From: Schizosaccharomyces osmophilus | Lineage: Eukaryota | DNA length: 64,000 nucleotides | Reading direction: 5' to 3' | Assembly (NCBI RefSeq): GCF_027921745.1 | Contig: NC_079238.1 | Span: forward strand, 1,922,001-1,986,000 | Shown: piece after piece, positions 37,153 to 48,790 of the stretch | How positions within the stretch are numbered: position 1 is the stretch's first letter | Layout: every line of letters begins with the position of its first letter | The notes under the pieces: model-generated | The model's input: the letters and a program-made list of their open reading frames with translations, nothing else | Database searches by the model: none | Told to the model about the DNA's origin: nothing | Position numbers and translations under genes: made by a program

Positions 37153-37577
37153 GATATGGTTCTATTCTAAAAAACAAAATACAAGCAATTCCGTCTGTTT
37201 TAGCAATTCAGCAACGGTTTTCAATTCTCTGAAACTTAATGCACCGTCAAAATTCTACTGCGATTTAAACCTAAAGAAGTACAACTCAAACAAAACCGAT
37301 TATGATTGTTTGGTTTTATATTAAGCACACAAACGTTTCAACAATACTGTTTTTTACGTAGCAGGAAGCAAATAGGAAATCTCAAGAGTCTTCTTTCATA
37401 GGACGAAGAGCACTTTCCATGCTGCCAATTAAAATTGCGACTTGTAACGAAGATCACTATTTCCGACAGGTTGTAAAGGCATAAGGAAAGACTGTGCTGG
37501 GTAATCTAAATAGAAAAGTAATTGTACGGCCTTTAATCCTTCACATTTCATTATCTTGGCAGTTTTAGGGATTCCTC

Positions 37578-38816
37578 ATGAGCCGTGCTTACGAAGGGGC
37601 AAATGCCTCAAGCGAAAATGAAGAGGACGTGTATCTGGAAAACGATGTCAGTAACGTTGGAAGAAAGCGTTACAAAACAAAAGAAGAAGGTACGTTTGTG
37701 AATTAGGTTTGCAAAGTCATTTAATCATCTTTATTAACGGGATGAAAAGGATACTATGATTCAGACTCTGAAGAAGAGATAGCGATGAAAAAGCCCCAAA
37801 ACGACGGTGATGCCTCAGACATGTTTTCAGAGTCATCTGGAGATGAAGGAAAAGCAAAGTCCGATAGAGGAGTGGAAGAGCAAGACCCCTCGGAACGACT
37901 TGGTCAACGGGGCCTGTCTTCTCGCAATGAACTAGACGATGAGTTTGAGGAGGAGGATGCAAATGCACAAGAAAAGTTACGTTATGAAGACATCGAAGGT
38001 CAGGAAGATGTTTCAGACTCACAAGGTTCCGATTTTGAAGAAGAAAACTCGAGTTTAAGCAAGTCAAAGGTCACGCCGTTCAATTTAAAAGAAGATATGG
38101 AAGAAGGTGATTTTGACGAAACTGGAAACTTTGTACGAAAGTCCAATGACCCACATGATCAGTATGATGCTTGGTTAAATGGCGATGTTTCTTCCAAACG
38201 GAGCATCACTGCTGCAAAGAGAGCAGAGTTTGCACGAAAACAACAAGCTCATAAGAAAATGCTTTCTGACATGGAAGAATCAAAACTACTTCCTTTTCAC
38301 ACTGTCCCAGAGGCATTGTCTTTTCTTATTGTACGAATGGAACCAGACGAAAATGTCCTAAGTTTTCTCCAGAGACAAAGCATCAATGGTTCTATGACAA
38401 CTCGTGCCAGAAAGCAAAAAAAGACTACAGAAAATCTTTCACCGGAACGTCAGTCAGCCGATGAATATCGTAAACAGCTGATTGAAACCATAACAGGTTG
38501 TATCACCTTCCTAGAAGATCGAATAAAAATGGAGAGCTTGTACTTGGAAACTAAAGAGGCTTTACAAAGACTTTTTCAACGAATTACTCATGAAACTTGG
38601 AAGCCGCCGACAGTTGATATGGAAAAAGCCTCATTTTCCTTTAAGTGGGAAGGGGATGAAAATATATATGGGCCTTATTCTGCCTCCCAAATGCAGGCTT
38701 GGGATAATCAAGGATATTTTACAAATGCAAAGCTAGCAGCTTTCATTTCTACGTCTCCAGAGAGCGGTTGGATGTTTCCACAAAACGTTTCTTATTTGAG
38801 TGAAAACTCAATCTGA
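37578..38816 (+). CDS. lin1: U5 snRNP GYF-domain protein Lin1/CD2BP2; intron 37690-37749
   Basis: GYYDSDSE, TPFNLKEDMEEGDFDETGNF and C-terminal GYF domain YGPYSASQMQAWDNQGYF. Confidence 0.88.
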
Positions 38817-39016
38817 AATAGTGTTTACTTTCTGTTTCTTGGTTAACTTTTATTTATACTACAGCTGCGCAAAAAAAAAAGCAATTTTGTTTTCATGAAT
38901 ACATTTTGCGACATAAAGCTGATACGGATACCCTATTCTATTAAATACAGTTTTCATCATTCTCCAACCTCTAAGTATATAAATGAAATTCAAAAAAAAA
39001 AGGAACATTAACGAAT

Positions 39017-40511
<1,495 letters not shown>

Positions 40512-40789
40512 TGCTACTGCTGTTTTGGTTTTTGCGAACTGCACGCGTTCAATCAATTCTAATAGGGAAAGTGTATACTGAGGTTTAGCGTAATATAGGA
40601 CGTTATTTACAAGTACCTTATTCGAATTCAAAAGCTGTCTTGGGTTATTAAATAAAAAATAATAATGTTAGAAAAAAAATAGTTAGAAGTGAAGAAAATA
40701 AGATAAAATTCAAACGAGTGACTTATTTTTAATATACAGTATAAAGTACAAAAGATCTGTAATAGATATCAGCACCTTAAATTGGAGGA

Positions 40790-43043
40790 TTACTCCAATG
40801 AAGGAAAAAGAGAAAAATCGTTGACAGCCTCCAGTTCTTCATTTACACATAGCTCGTACGTTTCAAGAGAAACGGAGAAATCTTCTGGCGCTCTTCTTGC
40901 TAAATGGGAAACAGTGTCTTGCGTATCGTGTTCCAAGCCTAATTGCGAATGAAATCTTCGAAGCTCTTCAAGTCGATCAAATCGATCTTCCAAATCATCG
41001 TTGGCCTCTAAAAGCTCTGAACGATTTTCTATTAACACATCTTCTGTGTTTTGCTCTATCTCGTCGTCGGAAACAGAATTAGTTTCGTGCGTTGCTGATA
41101 CAGGTGTTGGGACATTTCCTTCCGCAATGCCGACTGACTTGGTAAGGGAAGCTGCTTCCATGTCGGAGGAAATACTTTCGTTTAAAGGATTGGTACCGTT
41201 CGCTTTCAATGGCTCCATATCTGTGTTAATACCAAAGGAAGGCTTTGTTGAAGGGATAAAACGTATTGGATTTCCAGGAAGTAGCTCGGGTAGGACAAAA
41301 CGATCTAAAGAAGGGAGTTCATCAAAATCATTCCAGTTCACTGGAAAACCATCATCATAAATAATATCGGGAACTTTTAAAGGTGGATTATAATAAGACG
41401 GACTCCGCCGACCAGCGGCAGAGGATGAAGTTAAAATATATTCATAAGGAACCTCTATCGTATCAGAGCTACCACACTCAAGTAAAAGCATGCGTTCACT
41501 TGCACGATCTTCAAGAATACGACCCCAAAAAACATCACCTCGAGCAAATTGAGCAGGTACAGGAAGCCCCAAAATTGGAGGGGGAAATAACGGATGATTA
41601 GATGAATGAAGGTATACTGGCTCAAATTGGGAAAACTCGATATTAGAGTTGGTCATCTCTTGAGATTTTTCAATAAACTCGGAACGGAATTTCGAATTCC
41701 ATAAGGTAAACAATGGTAAAGATGTAGAATTACTGTCTTTTTCTGTAGTAGGGGACGGAGACGGAGATGGGGACGAAATGGAATTCGTTGCCGGGGAATA
41801 AGTTTTTTTATCATTTTGACTTTTATGTATTCCATTCCACCTGGCATTTTGATCAGGCTGCAAATTATTTTTCTTGAACGGATTAGATAAAGGTAAGAGA
41901 TCTTTTTGAGTCGTTTTATGCGTGTCGGTGAGAGAGATATCTTGATAGCAAGCTTTCTTGGGTTTGTGTATGTGCGGCCAATTACTTTTTGAAGAAAAGG
42001 CTGATTCAGTAATCCCAAGTGACCATATGTCTCCATGCAAAGTCGAGGAATCATGAGCATGGAAGGCAAATCGCCGTAAAGCAGTATCGCCAAGACAAAA
42101 AGCACTATGATAAGAGCCAGGAAACGTAATTAACATTTCATTTGCACGAAGTACAGTCGAAGAAATATTTATTCCACTTTGGGCAAGTGTAGAAGGAGGA
42201 AAAAGGATATTTTGATGCAGTAAAAAATCTGCGCATCGCCAATGCTCATTGGGCGCAAGCTTTTCTGCCAGTTTCTGAAACACCGATGCTTGAGAAGACG
42301 GAATTAAATACCATTGTAAAGGAGCACCTCCTAAATGAACATGAACAGCATATAATTTATTGGATTCAATCCGCCAAGGTAACGTTGTTTTCCACTTCCC
42401 AGCAAACGTTTTACCAGAGGTCGGCCATGTATTCTCAGGAAGACTTGAACGTAAATGAACTCTACTTTCCAAAGCACGGCGAGATGGAATACCAAAGATT
42501 ATACGATCAGTATGATGAGAATAACCGTACCACAAATTATCATGTGTAAGTGATCGCCAATAATAAGCAATAGCCTTTGAGATATTGTTTTCAAATTTTG
42601 GCGGCTCTATAACAGTAGACTGCGCTTTGGAATTCGACTGCGCGATTGCATCTGATACAAGTTCAATTTCAAAGTACTCTCCTCTTCGACGAACAGTTTT
42701 TTCCACCCAAACGTCTATTTTTTTATCCAAAGAATTACCATCCGAGGAGGTATCCCAAGGTTTTGTAATAGAATCTGGTTTTAATACTTTAATCGCTCCA
42801 TATCGCTCTCCTAGATCACGAATCTCCTGAAAAAATGCCTCCATATCTGAAAACTCTTCCGCGCTCTAAATTTTTCGTGTTAGTATATGGGCACATTCTT
42901 TTTTTATGATGTTTTCAAATACATACCGGTTTGACGAGCGGAATTCCATCAGCTCCCTCGACAACATATTCGAATTTGCACGAAACGCGTTCTCCAGTTT
43001 GATCACTTGTCTCGACCGGTTTGCTTTTATCATTCTCTTGCAT
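40790..43043 (-). CDS. jmj3: JmjN/JmjC-domain protein Jmj3 (Lid2 complex); intron 42926-42866
   Basis: Spliced JmjN GIPLVKPSAEEFSDM..YGAIKV; JmjC GKWKTTLPW..HLGGAPLQWYLIP..ITFPGSYHSAF; synteny. Confidence 0.82.
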
Positions 43044-43806
43044 AACAATCCGAAATTAACCGACTGATCGCAAGTTTTATTTTCCCTCTTACATCCACTA
43101 TATGGTGGCTTTTGTTGAAATTTCCTTTGCTTACTACTGACTATGTCACGGGATACAATAAACCACGCAATTAAGTTTTGTGCAGCACACCCGTATGGTA
43201 ATGTCACATAACGCACTTCACACGAGCTCACCAGCAAACAGAAGATTTTCAGTAAAAAGAAGAAAAGATAAGGAAAGAGAAAGTTGTCTGTATTAAAATG
43301 ATCAGAATGTAGCTTTCTGTCTAATATCGAAACAGTGTTTGCTTCGGTCTACATTAGGATTTTGGTCGTAATCGATCTCTATCGTTCTTGGTTCACGAAG
43401 GTTTTCGTCAAAGCCGAGCATCCATTATTCATTCTTTTTTAAATCAAATATAAGAAAGAAATTAAATATTTTTTAAAATACTAGTTTACTCTTATTTCTT
43501 TGTCGGTGAAAGGGACCTCCTTACCAGGGTTTATGTACAACATCTTCAGTCAACTACCATCACTCTGGGAACACTTACTTGCCTAAGTAGGTGACGGCGT
43601 TGACGACTTGGTTTACTTATTTTATTTTAAATTAATTTATCTAGAACTTTTTAATTCTTCCAGACGACTTCTAATTAGTCATCCCAGAGTTCATGTTGAA
43701 TTCTGCATAAATACTACCTACAACGCTGATTCGGGTCCTTTCGTCAAGGTTATAAAACTTTGAAACTTCCTCTATTCAAATCGACTTTTCAGTGACGTTT
43801 CAGAAG

Positions 43807-44097
43807 ATGTCTTTCCTTTCTCGGTTTGCTTGGCGGGCTTGGAAGCCACAATCCATTCCTCTCTTTGGTGTTATGAGATTCCATTGGAATCGTAATTTAC
43901 CAGCACTTCATGCTCACATGCCATCTTCTTCCCCATTTCCATCTTTAAATTCTCGACTTCCTCTCATTCCTACCCATGGTTTCAAAACAAAGGCTTCAGT
44001 GAAAAAACGTTGTTCCAGCTGTTATATGGTACGTAGAAAAGGTCGTTTGTATATTCTTTGCAAAAAGCATCCCAGGCATAAAAGTAGGCAAGGATAA
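43807..44097 (+). CDS. rtc6: Mitochondrial ribosomal protein bL36m
   Basis: Presequence followed by [39 protein letters not shown]; first ATG at 43807. Confidence 0.92.
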   Translation: MSFLSRFAWRAWKPQSIPLFGVMRFHWNRNLPALHAHMPSSSPFPSLNSRLPLIPTHGFKTKASVKKRCSSCYMVRRKGRLYILCKKHPRHKSRQG

Positions 44098-44325
44098 ACA
44101 GGCATTTATATCTACCTAGGGTTCCATTTCATACTTTACAAAACTTATTCGTAAAGCTAAGCTTTTTGACCGATAGTTTGCAACTTTTCTTGTCTTTTAG
44201 GATTCCATTACTTCTACGTATCCCTCAGCTTCTTTGAATAATTATTATTAGCTAAATTCTAATCATCAGTTCTCGTACTGAGCACATCAATAAATCATGA
44301 TTATGTTGTTGAGTTTGCGTATAGT

Positions 44326-46647
44326 CTATTCATTCGAACTGAGCTCGGCCGTAAATCTTTCGCCGAGTCTTTCATTCTCCTCGATCACACTCTGGTTTTT
44401 TTTAATTCGAGCTAAAAGGTAACGAGCTCTTTCTTTCATGCCAGATTCTAAGTTCCCAAGGCCCTTTAATAGCTGTAATTCTTCCTCATCATTTCGAATA
44501 GCTGAGGTACAAAGGCCTATAATGGCATTGCATCTAGCCTGACTCATAGATGCTCGCAATATAGAGTCATTTATTAGCTGTTGAAAAGCCGTAACATACA
44601 CAGGCTTACCGGCAAATATCTTGTCAGGTCTTGCATTCACAGTAGTGATCGTAATAAGTTCGTCTTCTTCCAACGCACGAACCGCGTCGTCACAGCCTTT
44701 AAATAAAGGATCAAGCATTAATTTGTGATATGGGACATGTTCACGCTGTGATAATAGACTTATCAGGATCCATGCTTGTTCCGAAGTGTATATCGGTTTC
44801 TTATCGTTACCAAAAGATAATGAATTTGATCTTAAGAAACTTTGAAGAATATCTGAAGTGTTTTGACTAATGATACCGCCAATCGCATCAGATACACTTG
44901 AATTATTCACTTTCAGGCGTCTAGCAACATAATCTAGGTCTCGAAGTCGACCACCTATTTTAGGTAGCTGTTTCTTTAATTCTTTCTCAAGCTTCTCTGT
45001 TTGCATTTCTTCTGGTATCGAATCCAAAACATAACGTCGCGCAAGTGAGGGATCAGCATCACCTAACAGTAAAGTACGGTTTTCCCAACCGCCAACATAC
45101 TGCTCTAAAGTTTTTGTACCTCCTATATCTGGCGTTAACATTAAAACATGCACAATACCCTCTTTGACCAAATTTCCAGCCCATTCTGCGATCATGCGCT
45201 GCATTGGGTTGCTTAACTTCCGTAGTTGGAAGTTATCAAGAACAACTATCGGCAGTCTATCTGCATGAACTTCTAAATACTCTGATTCATCGAGAACATT
45301 ACTATGTTGGGTATTTTCTTGCTCCCCTAAAGCCAGCTTGCGAAGCACGGCTTGTGTAGTGCTAAGGATTTGTCGAACCTGACCTTCTGAGGACGAAACA
45401 ATTCCCGTTTTCTGACCGATAAGACCCTGGGCCGCCATATCGATCATAGAAGATAGACTATTTAAGAAACTAAATAACGGGAAATATCCCGTTTGGCTTG
45501 CCAAGGAACTCACAAACATTTCCTGACTGGTACCGGAAAATAATCTATCGCAATCGAATAATAAAACATGTTTGCGATCTCCAACCGCTCGATCTACCAG
45601 ATCACGCTTACCACTTCCTCGGGGACCTTGGACGACGATAAACGAATGCAATGCTTCGTCTAACCACTCTTGTAATTTCTCGCAGTCCTTTTCTCTTGTA
45701 GTCCATATAGGGGTTCTGTCTACTGAATCGTGATCTTGGAACGAACTAAAAACAATGTCACGGGTCTTTTTTACCAAACTGAAAAGTCTTATGTTGCGAA
45801 GTGTTTGTCCATGTACAATATTTGTCTCTACAAAGAACCTCCGTATTGGATCGAATAAAGAAGCTGTAACAACTGTTATTAAGGCAGCAATTAATGGAAT
45901 TGCAAAGCGCGGGTGAGAAACCAACCAGTCTTTGAGAGACAAAAATCGATTGGTGTGTTGGTATCGCATATGAAACTTTGTATCTTTCATTCGGGTTCCA
46001 TGCATACAATTTAAAGCAGCAGTAGCGGCCCTTAACGAGGAAAACTTTAGGATAGCACGCTCTTCAGTTACAACCTCCACAGAACGCAATTTTCCATAGT
46101 TTCGGAAAATACTGTAAAGCTTTTCCTGTGATAAATTGGGGCCTTCGAAGTTTAGGACGATTGTCCGAGCAGGAAATGCGTACAGGTCCTGTAGCCAAGG
46201 TCGTCCATGAACAATATGTGGAGTAGGGGTAGAGAAAGGATGTAGGAGTGATGTGATAGGGCGTTCTTTAAATGCTGTACGAAGGGTGGTAAATATCTGT
46301 TCAGTATCCTCAAGAGTCTCTGCATGTCGAACCTTTAAAAAAGCACCTCCATCTTGCCAACGAAAAATAATATCTTCCAGATGAAAAGAGGGAGAAGACG
46401 GAAAAGCACGCTGAATCTGGTTACGTAAATTCTTTTGAAAGAAGAACGCAGTATATCGCTGAACATTGAGGAACGTGGGTGTATTTACTAAATTATCCAA
46501 GAAGAAGAGGCATTCACTTTTATCTAGAGGGATATGGCCAATGTCATGTGCAATCAAAGAGTGCGCTGCTTTGTGAAAAAGGAAGGGCGGTTTTACCGCA
46601 CGAAAGCGATTCCCATTTCTAAACAAGGAAGAAAAGAGCAAACTCAT
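44326..46647 (-). CDS. yme2: Mitochondrial escape protein Yme2 (RRM + RNA12 P-loop domain)
   Basis: GRPWLQDL, RRM, SHPRFAIP TM, VVQGPRGSGK, IGGRLRDL, GKPVY motifs. Confidence 0.9.
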   Translation of the reverse strand: MSLLFSSLFRNGNRFRAVKPPFLFHKAAHSLIAHDIGHIPLDKSECLFFLDNLVNTPTFLNVQRYTAFFFQKNLRNQIQRAFPSSPSFHLEDIIFRWQDGGAFLKVRHAETLEDTEQIFTTLRTAFKERPITSLLHPFSTPTPHIVHGRPWLQDLYAFPARTIVLNFEGPNLSQEKLYSIFRNYGKLRSVEVVTEERAILKFSSLRAATAALNCMHGTRMKDTKFHMRYQHTNRFLSLKDWLVSHPRFAIPLIAALITVVTASLFDPIRRFFVETNIVHGQTLRNIRLFSLVKKTRDIVFSSFQDHDSVDRTPIWTTREKDCEKLQEWLDEALHSFIVVQGPRGSGKRDLVDRAVGDRKHVLLFDCDRLFSGTSQEMFVSSLASQTGYFPLFSFLNSLSSMIDMAAQGLIGQKTGIVSSSEGQVRQILSTTQAVLRKLALGEQENTQHSNVLDESEYLEVHADRLPIVVLDNFQLRKLSNPMQRMIAEWAGNLVKEGIVHVLMLTPDIGGTKTLEQYVGGWENRTLLLGDADPSLARRYVLDSIPEEMQTEKLEKELKKQLPKIGGRLRDLDYVARRLKVNNSSVSDAIGGIISQNTSDILQSFLRSNSLSFGNDKKPIYTSEQAWILISLLSQREHVPYHKLMLDPLFKGCDDAVRALEEDELITITTVNARPDKIFAGKPVYVTAFQQLINDSILRASMSQARCNAIIGLCTSAIRNDEEELQLLKGLGNLESGMKERARYLLARIKKNQSVIEENERLGERFTAELSSNE

Positions 46648-47142
46648 ACTTCAATCTCTCAAAGCGTACTGAGCACGCCTACGCGTAAGCTTACGAATAG
46701 TAAACAACGTATATAACAAATGAATTCAGTTTATAAGTATGCCCGGATAAGCACCTTCAATGTTGAAAAATTGTAAAGCAAAGCAAAATCTAGATGATGT
46801 ATGCCCAAAACATCGTGTATCGAGGAAAGATTGTTTCGCGGTAAATTGCGCTATCCTTCGGTAAATCCAAAACATTCAACATTCGCAAAAATAAATATAA
46901 AAACAGAAAAATAGTACTAATGATAATAATAATAGTCTTGTCATGATCATGTTAGTTATAAACGAAACCCTTTCAAAACAGATCCTTTTCGTTCGTCATC
47001 AATTGGAAAGTGTGCAGCATACGAAAGGGCCCCAGTCGTGGCAGCATAAGAAGCCATCGTCAAGGAATCATTCGTAGCATCTCTTCATCACATTATGGTC
47101 TAAGAAGCATTACAAAATACCAAAAATAAAACCTGAAGGATC

Positions 47143-47577
47143 CTATCCTTGGAAATCGAAGTCACTCATTTCTTCGTAGAATTCAGAGGCATCTGCATTC
47201 GTGACGTCTGCATCCAAATCCACATCCTGCGTTTCTTGCTCATTTGGCTGAGGAAAATCATCGCTCCTCAGCTCTTCCTCATCAATTTCTGTGTCCACAT
47301 TGCCTGCCTCGGCCTCTCGCTCTCCGAGTTCTGCTTGTTCCTGCATAGTCTTATTAATCCCAATGGGCCGTATCCATTGAAAGCCATATTGCTTAATGGA
47401 AAGTTCCTTTTGTATCTAGTCAGCAATACAATGTCACGAGGAATCATACGACGTAAACAAACCCACAAACAGACGTACCTGGTTTTCAAGATTCAACTCA
47501 TCTTTTTCTAGTTCTTTCATAGACATTTCAAACGGACTATACCACAATTCATGGGCGGTAGACGCCATAAAAGACAT
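47143..47577 (-). CDS. apc15: Anaphase-promoting complex subunit Apc15; intron 47478-47416
   Basis: 123-aa spliced product containing YGFQWIRPIGINKTM (Apc15/Mnd2 motif) and an acidic tail. Confidence 0.85.
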
Positions 47578-48295
47578 AAACGACATTGTTTACTTGATGG
47601 CTGCTGTCGTATTTGTGTTCGCGGCATGCCATGGCATGGCATGCCTAGAATATGAGTTTGTTGCTTTGGCAACACCATGATGGAGTCATGATATGTAAAC
47701 AAACGAAATATAAACAAGAAAAAAATAAACAATAGCTAATGATCAATATATCATTTCATGTCTGTATATATGACTGGAAAATCTCATACGAAATATTTGA
47801 TTCAAGCGAATTTTCAAATCCCATTGAATGTTTCCTAGACGATACCATTTCGACGTAAATGTGTTGGTACATAATTTAAATAGCAAGGATAATACTTTAT
47901 GACTAGTCGCGTATATTCCTTTGAAAAATGACTGTCAATTAGAATTTGAATTTCATTACGATTGAATATAACAAGCATCTAAAAAGAAATGCTACCTTCT
48001 TTTGCAAAGGCCTACAATTTTCAACAGAATGAATCCTTTCTACGAACCTGATGAATTATGAGCAGAGCAGGCAGAAAACAAACTCTATAAAAACCAAAAA
48101 TAAAAAAATTATCTTAAATGTTGCTAAAACTTCTAATTTTGTATTTTCCTCTTAAGAGACTGTTATGTTTACATTCCATCAAATCCCATTTAGCAAACTT
48201 TATCAATGAGTGCTTTAGGTTGCGCTTTTCTTTGTTTACCGCGTTCTTTTTTCTATAAGTTGCCTTTTACGATCGGAATCGTACAACGCAAACTT

Positions 48296-48325
48296 ACACC
48301 TAACCTAAACAGAAAAGCAGTCACG
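48296..48325 (+). promoter_or_regulatory. Homol E-like (ACACCTAACCTA) and Homol D variant (CAGTCACG, 48318-48325) of the rpl43 promoter
   Basis: Same architecture as upstream of rpl26, about 60 nt before the ATG. Confidence 0.7.
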
Positions 48326-48384
48326 GATGGGATGCGAAACAGTTGAAACATACAAGACCGCAAATTAAATCTGACAACAACACA

Positions 48385-48763
48385 ATGACCAAGCGTACTA
48401 AAAAGGTCGGTGTCACTGGCAAGTACGGTGTTCGCTACGGTGCATCTTTGCGTCGTGATGTCCGTAAGATTGAAGTTCAACAACACGCTCGTTACCAATG
48501 CGCTTTCTGCGGACGTAACACTGTAAGACGCAGTGCTGCTGGTATGTAAAATTGATATTCGCTGGTGGGATCCTTATAATGTTTGGGCATTCTACATAGC
48601 CAAATTCGGGGAACTATAGCTAACTCATAATTAAGGTATTTGGAACTGCAAAGGCAAGGCTTGTGGAAAGGCCATGGCCGGTGGTGCTTGGACCGTTACT
48701 ACTCCTGCTGCTACTAGCGCCCGCTCTACCATTCGCAGATTACGTGAAATGGTCGAAGTTTAA
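48385..48763 (+). CDS. rpl43: 60S ribosomal protein L43/L37a (eL43); intron 48542-48635
   Basis: [41 protein letters not shown] zinc ribbon. Confidence 0.97.
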
Positions 48764-48790
48764 ATGCCAAAAGTGTTATATTGTTTTTAT

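Noticed and set aside
42866..43237. 123-aa minus-strand ORF upstream of jmj3
   Set aside because: Alternative frame across the real jmj3 exon 1 (ATG 43043) and its intron.
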